From: an uncultured Chloroflexia bacterium
GTDB lineage: Bacteria; Chloroflexota; Anaerolineae; Caldilineales; Caldilineaceae
Length of the DNA: 64,000 nt
Direction: 5' to 3'
Assembly (NCBI GenBank): GCA_963749845.1
Contig: CAVVOJ010000011.1
Span: forward strand, 160,036 to 224,035
How positions within the stretch are numbered: the stretch's first letter is position 1; each line of letters opens with the position of its first letter. The notes beneath the pieces are model-generated. The model ran no database searches. It was given only the letters and a program-made list of their open reading frames with translations, and was not told the DNA's origin. The translations under genes were made by a program, and so were the position numbers. Below, piece by piece: positions 11,173 to 21,053 of this stretch.

Positions 11173-12159
11173 CTATTTTTTCTTCTTCCCCTTCGCGGGC
11201 GGAGATGGCGCCGCGGCCACCGGTGGCGCGTACTTGCTCATATCCAGCAGCGATCCTTGCGGATCCTCGCGCCAGTTCCAGCCCCAGTGCCGAATGATCA
11301 ACATCACCACGGAAAACGCAATGCTGCCGATGGCGATCCACTGCGCGGTGGCGAGCTGACCCATGACCCAGGCGTCGGGGCGGAAGGCTTCGACCCAGAG
11401 CCGGCCCAGCGGGTAGGCGATGAGATACATGAGCACGGCGTCGCCCCGGCGCAGGCGCGGGCCGAAGTAGCGAATGATTAGCGCCAGCAGCACCCACATG
11501 AGCAGATTCCAGCCGGCTTCATAAAAGAAGGTGGGGTGATAACCGTGCGTGGCATACCAGTCTAGCGTCTGCTGCGTGAGCGGGTCCGGCGTGCCGCAGA
11601 TCTGTACGTCGGTGATCGCGCCGGAACGCAGGCCGGTAATCAATTCGTTGGGCAGTTGGCAGGGATACTTGGGGTTGATATGAAAGGCCCACGGCAGATC
11701 AGTGGCCGGGCCGTAAAGCTCCTGGTTGACAAAATTGCCCATGCGGCCGATGGCCTGGGCCAGCAAGACATTGGGGGCAATGTAGTCCATCCATTGTAGG
11801 AAATTGAGCTTGTTGAACCAGCAGTAGCCGGCAATGGCGATAATGCCGCCCACTAAGCCGCCGTAAATGCCCAATCCCCGAAATCCACCGTTCCAGAAAT
11901 TGAAGATATCGCCGGGGTTTTCGCGATAATAGGCCCAGCCCAGCCCATCGGCCGGTGTACTGAAAACGTGGTAGAGCCGTGCGCCGATGATGCCGAGGAT
12001 CAACGCCCAGGCTAGCAGGTTCCAAACATGGTCGGGATTTTCGCCCGCTTTCTTGGCGTAGAGGCTGGAAAACCAGGCCGCCAAGACAGCGCCGCCGACG
12101 ATGAAGATACCGTACCAGTTCAGCTGGAACGGACCAATTTCTAGGAGGACTGGATTCAT
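11173..12159 (-). CDS. lgt: Prolipoprotein diacylglyceryl transferase
   Basis: ATG at 12159 (MNPVLLEIGPFQLNWYGIFI...). Lgt signature GRMGNFVNQELYG. Multi-pass membrane protein with a Lys-rich tail. The upstream 144 codons of ORF 11173-12591 are non-coding extension. Confidence 0.9.
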   Translation of the reverse strand: MNPVLLEIGPFQLNWYGIFIVGGAVLAAWFSSLYAKKAGENPDHVWNLLAWALILGIIGARLYHVFSTPADGLGWAYYRENPGDIFNFWNGGFRGLGIYGGLVGGIIAIAGYCWFNKLNFLQWMDYIAPNVLLAQAIGRMGNFVNQELYGPATDLPWAFHINPKYPCQLPNELITGLRSGAITDVQICGTPDPLTQQTLDWYATHGYHPTFFYEAGWNLLMWVLLALIIRYFGPRLRRGDAVLMYLIAYPLGRLWVEAFRPDAWVMGQLATAQWIAIGSIAFSVVMLIIRHWGWNWREDPQGSLLDMSKYAPPVAAAPSPPAKGKKKK

Positions 12160-12292
12160 GCGTGCAAAAGCTCCTTCGTGTGGGCTGTCAAGTCCGTTCA
12201 GTATAGACCCGAAGCAGACGATCGCCAAAGGTCCGGCAACGCATGCCGGTAATTCAAAGTCACGGCAGGATGGACCACGGAAACAGGCAGAT

Positions 12293-12811
12293 GTGGCGGA
12301 TCGGAGCGCGTTCTGCTCATTCGCTGGACAGCCTTGGCGACGGTTGCCACAGAATAGCTTACTGGTCTGCGTTCTGCTCTGGCTGAGCGCGTGCAGCGCA
12401 CCGCTCGTAGCACCGTCGCCGGGGCCAGACGCCATCGCGTCGCCGCCCGCTGTTGCGTTTTTGCCGGCAGAGCAAGCGCTGCCTGGCCTGGTCGCAAGCG
12501 AACGCGAAGCGTCCATCGCTGGCGATCTGGCTACGTTGGCCACGCTCTGGAGCGCCGATAGCCGCATCGTCGATGGCCGCACCACCGCCACTTCCGACGA
12601 CGACTACGTCTGGGACGGGCGGGACGCGATCCTGGATCGCTATGTGGTGGCAGTCTTCCCCAATCCGCCCCCACCTGCATCATTTGAAGCGTTAGAAATC
12701 ACTGTCGCCGGCCAAGAGGCGACCGGCATAAATGGCGGGGACCGCTGGCGCTTTACCTTTGCCGACGGTCGCTGGTGGCTCACCACCCTGACCTACCAAC
12801 AACCCAACTAA
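12293..12811 (+). CDS. Hypothetical lipoprotein, possibly SnoaL/NTF2-like
   Basis: Lipobox LLWLSAC, then about 140 aa ending GDRWRFTFADGRWWLTTLTYQQPN. The start is uncertain (GTG 12293 or TTG 12344). The annotated ORF start at 12101 would overlap lgt. Confidence 0.5.
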   Translation: MADRSAFCSFAGQPWRRLPQNSLLVCVLLWLSACSAPLVAPSPGPDAIASPPAVAFLPAEQALPGLVASEREASIAGDLATLATLWSADSRIVDGRTTATSDDDYVWDGRDAILDRYVVAVFPNPPPPASFEALEITVAGQEATGINGGDRWRFTFADGRWWLTTLTYQQPN

Positions 12812-12827
12812 CCAATCTAGGATCGAT

Positions 12828-13850
12828 TCACTGGATCGGCGCGCCGCTTTCTAGCCAAACCTCAAGCGTATGACCGACGCCGTAGAGGCTTTCCGGAGCG
12901 ATCTTGTCAAGCGTGTCCTCGCTGGTGTAGCGGTAGGGGTACCCCTGCTCAATGAGTGCGGCCGTGGGGTAGCCGGCTTCGACAAAGGTGTTGTGGGGGC
13001 CGGGCATGGGTTGGCCGATACTTGGGACGAACTGCTCATCAAACTCCAATGCGGCCGCCGTCTGCCAGATGGCGTTACTTACGCTGGCATTGCTGGCTGG
13101 ATCGTAGAGGATTCGATGATTGTCTCCACCCACAGCCTCCAGGACGACGACCACGCGCGGGTCGGCGCACTCAGCCAAATCGTCGTCATTGTCTTCGATC
13201 TCCTGAATAAAGAGATGGCCGCCATAGGGAGGCTGCCAGCCGGGCAGCCCTCGATTTGCCTCGCTGTCCAAGAAGACCAGGCAGACTGTGTGGCCGCTTA
13301 ACTCCAGATCGAGCGTGGCAGCAAGCTCCAGCAGTGTGGCTGTACCGCTACCGCCTACGTTAGCGCCGGGGCTGGGTGCGAGGGTCTGATCTCCATCGGC
13401 CATCAGGCGTGAATCGTAGGGCGCAACGACGAGGGCGACCGGCGCCGTGACGTCGTCCGCTAGGTTGCTGGGACTGCGCACCGCAACGATATTCCGCGCG
13501 CGCAGGGTCGTTAAGCTGCTCAGCGATGTTGTCAGGGTATCGGTGATGTTTTCACTGACGACGGCTTGCGGCAAGGTCACATCGTACGGTTGAACGATGA
13601 CGCGCCACTGCTGATCGCGCAGTGTCTGCGTGATCCAATCGGAGGCGGCCACGCTGGCTTCGCTGCCGGTCGTACGCGGACCGAATGCGAACTGCTCTTC
13701 GACGGCCACGAAAGCCGCTTCGCCCGAAAAGGTTTGGGCCGCCAACTGCGGTGAGAGGAGACCGTAGCCAAGGTACCCAAAAAAGAGGACTGCCGCCAGC
13801 AGCACACCCATCAGAATCAGTTCGATAAAATAGGAGCGGAGAAATTGCAC
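12828..13850 (-). CDS. Membrane-anchored M28 family peptidase
   Basis: One N-terminal TM segment (FIELILMGVLLAAVLFFGYLGY). M28-like blocks RNIVAVR, PGANVGGSGTATLLELA, VCLVFLDSEAN and YTSEDTLDKI. GTG 13850 was chosen so the gene does not overlap der. Confidence 0.75.
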   Translation of the reverse strand: MQFLRSYFIELILMGVLLAAVLFFGYLGYGLLSPQLAAQTFSGEAAFVAVEEQFAFGPRTTGSEASVAASDWITQTLRDQQWRVIVQPYDVTLPQAVVSENITDTLTTSLSSLTTLRARNIVAVRSPSNLADDVTAPVALVVAPYDSRLMADGDQTLAPSPGANVGGSGTATLLELAATLDLELSGHTVCLVFLDSEANRGLPGWQPPYGGHLFIQEIEDNDDDLAECADPRVVVVLEAVGGDNHRILYDPASNASVSNAIWQTAAALEFDEQFVPSIGQPMPGPHNTFVEAGYPTAALIEQGYPYRYTSEDTLDKIAPESLYGVGHTLEVWLESGAPIQ

Positions 13851-13866
13851 GTGATCAGTTACCCAC

Positions 13867-15249
13867 TTACGTGTTCTTCTCGCGACTGCGGAAGACCACG
13901 CGAATTGGCGTGCCGATAAACGGATAGTGCTGGCGAATCTGGTTCTCCATATAGCGTTCATAGGAGAAATGCACCAGCTTGTTATCGTTTACAAAGAGAA
14001 TAAAGGTAGGCGGTTCCGTCTCCGCTTGGGTGCCGTAATAGATGCGCAGCGCCCGGCCATGGCGACTGGGCGGCGCGTTGCGGTCGTAAGCTTCCTGGAT
14101 GACGTGATTGACTTCGTTGGTCGTCAAGCGATGGCGACGCGCCTCTGCCACGGTGAGGGCCTGGGGCATGATGCGGTTGACCCGCTGGCGCGTCAGTGCG
14201 CTGATAAAGATGATCGGCACATAGTCGAGGAACTTCAGATCCTGCCGTACCTTGTCGGTAAATTCGACCATGGTGTAGGTATCTTTTTCGACTGCATCCC
14301 ACTTGTTGATCAGCACGACGACGCTCTTGTTGCGCTCCAGTACATAGCCCGCCACGTGAGCGTCTTGTGCGGTCACGCCCTCGGTGGCATCGATGAGCAG
14401 CAGCGCCACGTCGGCCCGGTCAATCGCACGCATGCTGCGCAGGACGCTATACTTTTCGATGCCCGGCTCCACACTCCCGCGGCGGCGGATCCCTGCCGTG
14501 TCGATAAGCCGGATCTTCTGGCCGTCATAAACGAACTCCGTATCGATCGGGTCGCGCGTCGTGCCGGGGATGTCGCTGACGATCGCGCGGTCGCGGCCCA
14601 GCAGCGCATTGAGCAGGCTGCTCTTGCCCACATTGGGGCGCCCCACGATGGCAATGCCGATGCTGTCATCCTCTTCATCCTCAGCGGGATAGTCGGGCAG
14701 CACCTTGACGAGTTCGTCGAGCAGATCGCCCGTGCCGTCGCCGTGATAGGCGCTGACGGTGTATGGCTCACCCAGCCCCAGGTTCCAGAACTCCACCGCA
14801 TTGAGCCGCCGTTCAGGGCTCTCGGTCTTGTTGACGACCAGAAAGACCGGGTTGGTGGCCTGGCGCAATATGTCCGCCACATCCTCGTCGGCCGCGGTGA
14901 GCCCTTCCTTGCCATCCACCACGAAGAGAACGGCATCGGCTTCTTCCATCGCGACTTTGGCCTGGTTCTGAATATGGGCCACGAAACGGGCGGAATCGGC
15001 GCCCAGGGGCTCGTGTTCAGGGCGCCTGTCCTTCCGTTCCGTAATCTCGTTGGGGGCTTCCAGACCACCGGTGTCAACTACGATGAATCCGACGCCGTTC
15101 CAGTCGCTTTGGCCATAAATACGGTCACGCGTGGTGCCGGGAATATCCTCTACGATGGCCGTTCGCTTACCGGTCAGCCGATTGAACAGGGTCGATTTAC
15201 CCACATTGGGGCGGCCCACCAGGGCGACAACCGGTTTTCGTTTACTCAT
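13867..15249 (-). CDS. der: Ribosome-associated GTPase Der (EngA)
   Basis: Two tandem GTPase domains (GRPNVGKSTLFN and GRPNVGKSSLLN; DTGG/DTAG; NKTE/NKWD) plus a KH-like C-terminus. Confidence 0.95.
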   Translation of the reverse strand: MSKRKPVVALVGRPNVGKSTLFNRLTGKRTAIVEDIPGTTRDRIYGQSDWNGVGFIVVDTGGLEAPNEITERKDRRPEHEPLGADSARFVAHIQNQAKVAMEEADAVLFVVDGKEGLTAADEDVADILRQATNPVFLVVNKTESPERRLNAVEFWNLGLGEPYTVSAYHGDGTGDLLDELVKVLPDYPAEDEEDDSIGIAIVGRPNVGKSSLLNALLGRDRAIVSDIPGTTRDPIDTEFVYDGQKIRLIDTAGIRRRGSVEPGIEKYSVLRSMRAIDRADVALLLIDATEGVTAQDAHVAGYVLERNKSVVVLINKWDAVEKDTYTMVEFTDKVRQDLKFLDYVPIIFISALTRQRVNRIMPQALTVAEARRHRLTTNEVNHVIQEAYDRNAPPSRHGRALRIYYGTQAETEPPTFILFVNDNKLVHFSYERYMENQIRQHYPFIGTPIRVVFRSREKNT

Positions 15250-15297
15250 GCAATTCGCTTTCTGAGATTTCGCTCGATTCAGGCTGTGCGGCTGCCC

Positions 15298-16725
15298 TCA
15301 AGGGTCGGTACTGTTTGCCGGCGTGCCCGTCGGCGTGGCGCTGTCAACCGGCGCATCGCTGTCTTCTTGGGACGCACGCGGCGCTTCCGGGTCGGGCATG
15401 GGCGTTGGCTTTGCCGTAACCGCGACCTCGACCGTTTCCGGGATCACGCCATCCTGATTGACGCCGGTCGGCAACACAACGCGCGGCCGAATATTATGGA
15501 TGCCCGGTGCCAATCCCTCCAAATCCAGGATGACGAACATGTCGTCCGCCTCCAGCGAGTCGAGCAGGGGCACCGGTCCACTGATGATGACCTGCACTTC
15601 ATCCAAGGCCACATCCGCCTCGAATTCCGGCGCAAGCCCCTCGATAATCGGCGTCTGGGTGATGGTCTTGCCGCCCTCCACCGTGGTGATCGTTGCCGAC
15701 ACCACAACCGTGTTGCGCCCATCGACTGTGGTCGTGCCCTCGGGTAGAAGCAGCTCGACGGGCCGGTCAAAATCGGTCGTAGCGCCCTCAAGCGAGAACG
15801 GACTCGTCTGCACCGAGCCGGGCGTCTCTTCGATAACATCGGCATTGCCCTGCAGGATGACCGAGGACGGCTCTACGCGCAGCGAACTGAGGCGATAGCC
15901 CGCCGCCGGTTCCCCGACCAAATCAGGCCGGACCGCAACTTCTTTACGTCCCGGAGGCTGCTGCACGGGTATCGTCACCAGAGTTTCGGCCGGCTCGACA
16001 TTCACATTTCTCACCACTCTGCCGGTATCGTCAATGGCCACCAGCGATGACAGGCTTTCAACTTGGCTTTTTTCCGTGCCGTCCAACTCGATTGTGCCCC
16101 GCACGGCTTCTACCTGGTCGATCTGACGGGCAAGTCCAGAAATCAGTGCTGTCGTGTCGTTGACGACCGGCGTCATTGCATCATAGCCGTCGGCCGGAAC
16201 GCCGTTTAGTTCGATCTCGATAGGTACCGTCTTCACGATGACTTCTTCGAGTGTAACTGCATATTCGCTGGGTCGCTGTTCCAGAATATCAACCTTGGGA
16301 TCGACTTTGTCTACGTTCACGGGAACAATATGCTCCCCCGGTGGCAGGCCGGAAAGATCGATATAGGCAGAAAAGTCACTCGTCGTCATTGCGTCCCAAG
16401 AACTGCGGGGCGCGCGCAGATCCAGGTCGACGGTACGCCCCGTGAGTTCCTGGACCGCCATGAGGCCGCCGTCCGGCCCGCGTACGTCGATGAGCAGTGC
16501 GGGCGCGCCGGGCAGGGGATAACTCCCGGTCTCAAGCGGGTTCTGCTCGTTGATGGCGATCAGCCAGACAACCAGCGCCAAAACCAGCGAGAGGACGTAG
16601 GTGCCGACGCGTTCCATCCAACGGCCCCAGTCGGTCTCGTCCTCGGGTTGGCGTGCATTTTGCAGTCCGTTAGGCGTGGACGTTGACACGGCGGGCGACG
16701 TTTCGGTCGTGGTTTTACCAGACAC
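15298..16725 (-). CDS. cdaR: YbbR-domain protein, CdaR-like regulator of diadenylate cyclase
   Basis: N-terminal TM segment followed by repeated YbbR-like modules (e.g. VPIEIELNGVPADGYDAMTPVV, VAVRPDLVGEPAAGYRLSSLRVEP). It lies immediately downstream of cdaA. Confidence 0.8.
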   Translation of the reverse strand: MSGKTTTETSPAVSTSTPNGLQNARQPEDETDWGRWMERVGTYVLSLVLALVVWLIAINEQNPLETGSYPLPGAPALLIDVRGPDGGLMAVQELTGRTVDLDLRAPRSSWDAMTTSDFSAYIDLSGLPPGEHIVPVNVDKVDPKVDILEQRPSEYAVTLEEVIVKTVPIEIELNGVPADGYDAMTPVVNDTTALISGLARQIDQVEAVRGTIELDGTEKSQVESLSSLVAIDDTGRVVRNVNVEPAETLVTIPVQQPPGRKEVAVRPDLVGEPAAGYRLSSLRVEPSSVILQGNADVIEETPGSVQTSPFSLEGATTDFDRPVELLLPEGTTTVDGRNTVVVSATITTVEGGKTITQTPIIEGLAPEFEADVALDEVQVIISGPVPLLDSLEADDMFVILDLEGLAPGIHNIRPRVVLPTGVNQDGVIPETVEVAVTAKPTPMPDPEAPRASQEDSDAPVDSATPTGTPANSTDP

Positions 16726-16794
16726 AGGTTTGTGAATCTAATCCAAGGTTGACGATAAAAAAATTGGCAGACGGATTGTAGAGTATTATACGCA

Positions 16795-17566
16795 TCAGGC
16801 GTTGTAGAAGTCGCTTAGCAATTTGCGCAGCCGATTGCTGTCAAGGCGCAAGATGCGACCATTGCGCGCGACGGAAATGCTGCCCGTCTCCTCCGAGACG
16901 ACGACCGTCATGGCATCTGACTGCTCCGTGATGCCGATGGCGGCACGATGGCGCGTCCCGAGTTGGCTGTCGCTCAGTTCGCGCTGGGTTAGCGGCAGAA
17001 CGCACGACGCCGCGGCGACCGTATCGCCGCGGATGATGACTGCGCCATCGTGCAGCGATGTGTTGGGATAGAAAATTGTTGTCAAGAGTTCCGTTGAGAG
17101 CATTGCATTGAGCGGTACGCCTCGTTCAACTGCGTCTGCCAATCCCGTCGAGCCCTCAAAGACGATGAGCGCGCCATGCTTGCGTTCGGCCATATCCTCT
17201 ACCGCGCGCACCACTTCGGTGACGACGCGCTGCTTGCTTGCGCTCTCCGTGCGGCGCATGGAAAGCGGGCGCGGTGCGCCCAACCCGTTCCAATGCGCGC
17301 CGGAGTTCCGGCTGAAAAATGACCGGAATGGCAAAGAGAAAGACCGGCAGGCTCACCCGCAACAACCAGTTGAACGCGGTCAATTCGACCAAAGAGGCCA
17401 GGATCAGCAATACGATTGCCACCACCAACATGCCGCGCAACAACTGGATCGCCTGCGTACCGCGGAAGATGCGCAGCACCAGGTAGATCAGGATTGAAAC
17501 CAGCAGGATATCCAGCAGGTGCTGGGGATCCTGCAATCGGTTGAGCGAGGCAAGAATTTCTGTCAT
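16795..17566 (-). pseudogene. cdaA: Diadenylate cyclase CdaA (DisA_N/DAC domain), one frame break at about 17270-17285
   Basis: The three-TM N-terminus is in ORF 17156-17566 (...[13 protein letters not shown]). The DAC domain is in ORF 16795-17334, with DGA (LHDGAVII) and RHR (GTRHRAA) motifs. The break lies at a GGG run and behaves as one extra base. Confidence 0.85.
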
Positions 17567-17688
17567 GACTTGACGACGTAGGCGTTACCCTAACGGAGGC
17601 CCCCTAGCTTGACGGCGAGTGTCTGTCCCAAACGCAGCGCTACAATGCGTAGTTCCTCGATGACTCATCAGGCTGATTTGATGCGATG

Positions 17689-18486
17689 CTACTCAGCGAC
17701 GACCCTGTTGGAAAGAACGCCGAGCCCTTCTACTTCTACTGTCATCACGTCGCCCGGCTGCACTGGCCCCACGCCCTCCGGCGTGCCGGTCAAGACGAGA
17801 TCACCCGGTTCCAGCGTCATGAAGCGCGTGACAAAAGCCAGCACCCGCCCGATGGAAAAGATCAGGTCTGCCGTGCTGGCGTCCTGGCGCACTTCACCGT
17901 TGACAAGACAGCGTACCTGCCGATTGGTCGGATCAAAATCAGTGTCGATCCACGGCCCTACCGGCGCAAAGGTGTCGAAGCCCTTGCCCCGCGTCCACTG
18001 CTTGTCCTGTTTTTGCAGATCGCGCGCCGTCACATCATTGGCGACGGTGTAGCCGAAAATGGCGGCCATGGCGTCGGCTTCAGCCAGGTTGCGGCTGCGG
18101 CGACCGATGACCAGCGCCAGCTCGCCCTCATGATCGACGCGCTGGCTGATGGCGGGATAGACTACGTCGCCGTCCGGCCTATTGAGCGAGGAGGGCGGCT
18201 TGAGAAAGATAAGCGGCTCGTCGGGCACTTCATTGCCCAACTCGGCCGCGTGCGCGGCGTAGTTGCGCCCCACGCAAACGATCTTGCTCGGTGTGGCCGG
18301 GGCCAGTAGCGTCACGTCGGCCAGCAGTTGCGGCTCGCCGGCGATGGCCGGCGCGTATTGGCCGGCTACGGCGTCCAGGTAGGGTGCACGCGCCAAGGGA
18401 TAAACCAGGTCTTCCAGCACCAGTCCCCATGCACCGGGTTGGGACGTGGCGGCTACATCGGTGAGTTCAAAGCGTACAATGCGCAT
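17689..18486 (-). CDS. Fumarylacetoacetate hydrolase (FAH) family protein
   Basis: Typical FAH-family C-terminal domain: [13 protein letters not shown]...[10 protein letters not shown]...[10 protein letters not shown]...[16 protein letters not shown]. Confidence 0.9.
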   Translation of the reverse strand: MRIVRFELTDVAATSQPGAWGLVLEDLVYPLARAPYLDAVAGQYAPAIAGEPQLLADVTLLAPATPSKIVCVGRNYAAHAAELGNEVPDEPLIFLKPPSSLNRPDGDVVYPAISQRVDHEGELALVIGRRSRNLAEADAMAAIFGYTVANDVTARDLQKQDKQWTRGKGFDTFAPVGPWIDTDFDPTNRQVRCLVNGEVRQDASTADLIFSIGRVLAFVTRFMTLEPGDLVLTGTPEGVGPVQPGDVMTVEVEGLGVLSNRVVAE

Positions 18487-18527
18487 AGATCTACTCCGCA
18501 GTTCTGTATTAGAGTTGGATGTACGCT

Positions 18528-19268
18528 TTACGAGAAGCGTACGTCATTCACGATCAGTTGAAAGTCGCAGCCCAAAAATTCTACAGCCTGGCGCATCATC
18601 GTCATGCGATCAAGGAAGATCTCAAAGTATTCAATGACTTGGGCATAGTTTGTATCGATTTCCAGTTCGAGGGCCACGACTTGCTCGTCGCGCAGCGCCC
18701 GCACAAAGCTGCGCGTGGTTGCATAGTTGACGCGGTCATGGATGTCAAATGCGGCCATGTCGGGATTCTGCACGCGGCTGCGGTGGACATCGGCCTTGTC
18801 GGCGATGATCAGCGCCGCTGAGATGGGCGTGATGGCAAAGCCTCGCTCCTCTTCATGGTTGCCGATGGCATTCATGACGACTGCGCGCTCCTCCGCCAGC
18901 ATTCCCATGCGTTCCAGAATGCGATTGGCCATTAGCGCACCGCTCTGCGCGTGGTTCTCACGATGAATGACGTTGCCGATGTCGTGAAGGTAACCGGCAA
19001 TGTTGGCCAATTCGTGATCGCGTTGGGGATAGCCCAAACGCTCCAGGGTATTTTCGGCAATGTTGCCCACCAGGCCGGCATGGCGCTGGCCGTGTTCCGT
19101 GTAACCCAACGCCTTGAGCGATTCATTCGCCATCTGTAAAAAAGTGATCACTTCCGGATCACTTCGCACTTGCTCAATCGTAATTGCCGGGGCCGCGGGT
19201 GCTGCCTCCGCAATCAACTCCTCAGCCGTATTCTCAACGGCGGCGAGGTCGGTCTGTGAACTACTCAC
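18528..19268 (-). CDS. HD-domain metal-dependent phosphohydrolase
   Basis: GQRHAG...YLHDIGN (HD motif). GTG 19268 is preceded by GGAAAGGAA. The upstream part of ORF 18528-19664 overlaps the neighbouring gene and is not protein-like. Confidence 0.75.
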   Translation of the reverse strand: MSSSQTDLAAVENTAEELIAEAAPAAPAITIEQVRSDPEVITFLQMANESLKALGYTEHGQRHAGLVGNIAENTLERLGYPQRDHELANIAGYLHDIGNVIHRENHAQSGALMANRILERMGMLAEERAVVMNAIGNHEEERGFAITPISAALIIADKADVHRSRVQNPDMAAFDIHDRVNYATTRSFVRALRDEQVVALELEIDTNYAQVIEYFEIFLDRMTMMRQAVEFLGCDFQLIVNDVRFS

Positions 19269-19324
19269 AATGCTATTCCTTTCCACTTTGAAGCAAGCAG
19301 AAGCTGATAATGGTAGAAGCCCAA

Positions 19325-20278
19325 TCAGCCAGTCTGTCCGAGGGCATTGGCGCTGATCAACATGGCGATCAACCACCAGAATTGCTGGCCGCGCAGGGAA
19401 CGGCCTTGATAGATGGCCAGCCATGTCGGCAGCCAGATGATGACAAGCAGAGCCAGCCACAGCGGCGCCTGGGCAATCAGCAACAGCACGCTGATGCCAA
19501 TCTCTGCGCCGGCCATGAGACTGACGGCCAGCCAATCCTGCTCGTGAATGAGCGCTCGTTCCGCGCCCCATGCATGGAGCACCCATAAGGCCACGAGCGC
19601 TAGCTGAAGCGTCCACTGACTGGATGCATTCTCCACGTCCAGAATGTTCAGCGTGAGCAGCCAAGGCAACCCGGTCATTACCAATGCGTGAAGCAGAACC
19701 GGCGGCCGGTGTAGCACACGCCCGCTGATCCAGCCAATGACGCCCAGGCCGATTACCATGCCGGTCGCGGCCAGCGCAGATAAGCCGACAGCCGAGGCGA
19801 CGAGCAGACCAATGCCCACGCTAGGCAGGGCAATACGATAGATTAAGGGCAGCGAAGTTGGACCACCAGCGCCAAAGAGCTGCGCGGCCGGAGACCCCGG
19901 CTGCATATAGGGCAGCCAGAAACGGGGGCTGTGCGGCCGCTCACGGAGAACCAGCAACTCGGTGCGGCCAGACGCCAAGCGCCAAATTGCCCCCCAGATC
20001 GGATCGACTAGCAGCCAGAGCAGCACCAGGTTGCTCCAGGTAATGTCGAGCGGACGCCATAACAGCCCGGCGGCCAACAATGCCGCCAGCATACTCCAGC
20101 CGGCAGTAATGCGCAGGGGGAGTCGATCCAACCAGAACTGGGCACTGACTGAGGCGCTGTCGCCCGTATGGAGATCGTCCACAAGGGGCGGATTAAACGT
20201 GCGCTGGGCAAGCGTCTGCAGGTTCGTCTCTTCGGTTGTGCGCTGATCACCAGCTGAGGGTGAGGAGAGTGATTCCAT
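19325..20278 (-). CDS. Hypothetical polytopic membrane protein
   Basis: 317-aa ORF with about 8 hydrophobic segments. I recognise no family. Confidence 0.6.
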   Translation of the reverse strand: MESLSSPSAGDQRTTEETNLQTLAQRTFNPPLVDDLHTGDSASVSAQFWLDRLPLRITAGWSMLAALLAAGLLWRPLDITWSNLVLLWLLVDPIWGAIWRLASGRTELLVLRERPHSPRFWLPYMQPGSPAAQLFGAGGPTSLPLIYRIALPSVGIGLLVASAVGLSALAATGMVIGLGVIGWISGRVLHRPPVLLHALVMTGLPWLLTLNILDVENASSQWTLQLALVALWVLHAWGAERALIHEQDWLAVSLMAGAEIGISVLLLIAQAPLWLALLVIIWLPTWLAIYQGRSLRGQQFWWLIAMLISANALGQTG

Positions 20279-20473
20279 GTTTTTGACTCAAGTTGAAAAA
20301 ACCCATACGTGCACCTGCGCGCAACGCATGGGCTCTGATTGCATTCATCCGAATTATACCAGAGATAAAAGTGATCAGAAATAAATCCGGAGAACCACCG
20401 GAGATTCTCAATTTCAGGCGAACCGCGATCTATCCCATCCCAATCTGAACTGTCCGTCTATCAGCTGCCGCGA

Positions 20474-20502
20474 TTGACAGCAGGCGGGGCGCGGTGTACA
20501 AT
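20474..20502 (+). promoter_or_regulatory. Near-consensus sigma-70 type promoter (TTGACA-17 nt-TACAAT)
   Basis: TTGACA at 20474-20479, a 17-nt spacer, and TACAAT at 20497-20502, about 75 nt upstream of the phasin-like gene. Confidence 0.5.
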
Positions 20503-20529
20503 CCGTTGTGACGCACTGCGTCACAACGG
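20503..20529. promoter_or_regulatory. Perfect 12+12 bp inverted repeat (CCGTTGTGACGC act GCGTCACAACGG) abutting the -10 box
   Basis: Read directly from the sequence. Its position, covering the predicted transcription start, suggests an operator or a 5' stem-loop. Confidence 0.45.
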
Positions 20530-20575
20530 GGGCCTTTATTGATGGACAGAATCAATTCAAATAGCGAGGAAAGCA

Positions 20576-21025
20576 ATGAGCAAAGAAGATGCAGAAAAAT
20601 CCCTGCAAAATCAACTGAAGGGCCGCGCCATTGATCTGCGCAACGAGGCCATTGTGCAGAGCGCCAATCTCTATCTGTTGGGGCGCAAGGTGCTGCTGGC
20701 CAGCCTGGGCGCCGCCGCCCTCACAACTGAAGAAGCGGCCGGCATACTCAACAAGCTCGTGGAACGGGGCGAGTTGGCCGAAGCGGACGCCAAGAAGCTG
20801 CTGGGCGACTTCCAGAGTCGCGGCAAGGCTGGTGAAGAAGAACTGACCAAGGCGACCAAGGGGGTTGCCAAAAAGGCCAATTTTGCCATGGAGGAGAGCG
20901 TTGAATCGGTGCTGGAGAAGCTCAACGTGCCCAGCAAAAGTGACGTGGACAAGCTGAGCGAGCAGATCGCCCAACTCAACGAAAAGATCAACAGGCTCAA
21001 CCAGCTCGAAAGCGAATCAGCGTAG
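20576..21025 (+). CDS. Phasin-family (PHA granule-associated, PF05597-like) coiled-coil protein
   Basis: 149 aa, helical and charged. The core LGRKVLLASLGAAALTTEEAAGILNKLVERGELAEADAKKLL and the tail NVPSKSDVDKLSEQIAQLNEKINRL resemble phasin-family proteins. Assignment is from memory of the family, not from a search. Confidence 0.6.
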   Translation: MSKEDAEKSLQNQLKGRAIDLRNEAIVQSANLYLLGRKVLLASLGAAALTTEEAAGILNKLVERGELAEADAKKLLGDFQSRGKAGEEELTKATKGVAKKANFAMEESVESVLEKLNVPSKSDVDKLSEQIAQLNEKINRLNQLESESA

Positions 21026-21053
21026 CGTCCACCCGCACTGCCAAATCGGCGTT

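Noticed and set aside
13927-15747. 606-aa ORF on the plus strand spanning the der/cdaR boundary. Similar long antisense ORFs: 28709-29782, 30289-31749, 33619-34842, 45706-46653, 62446-63255 and 63337-63984.
   Set aside because: Each lies exactly antisense to a gene with unmistakable conserved motifs (Der G-domains, M42, SBP, Gfo/Idh/MocA, SelA, PyrG). Their translations are Arg/Ala/Gly/His-rich with no recognisable domains. This is the expected shadow-ORF behaviour of a high-GC genome.
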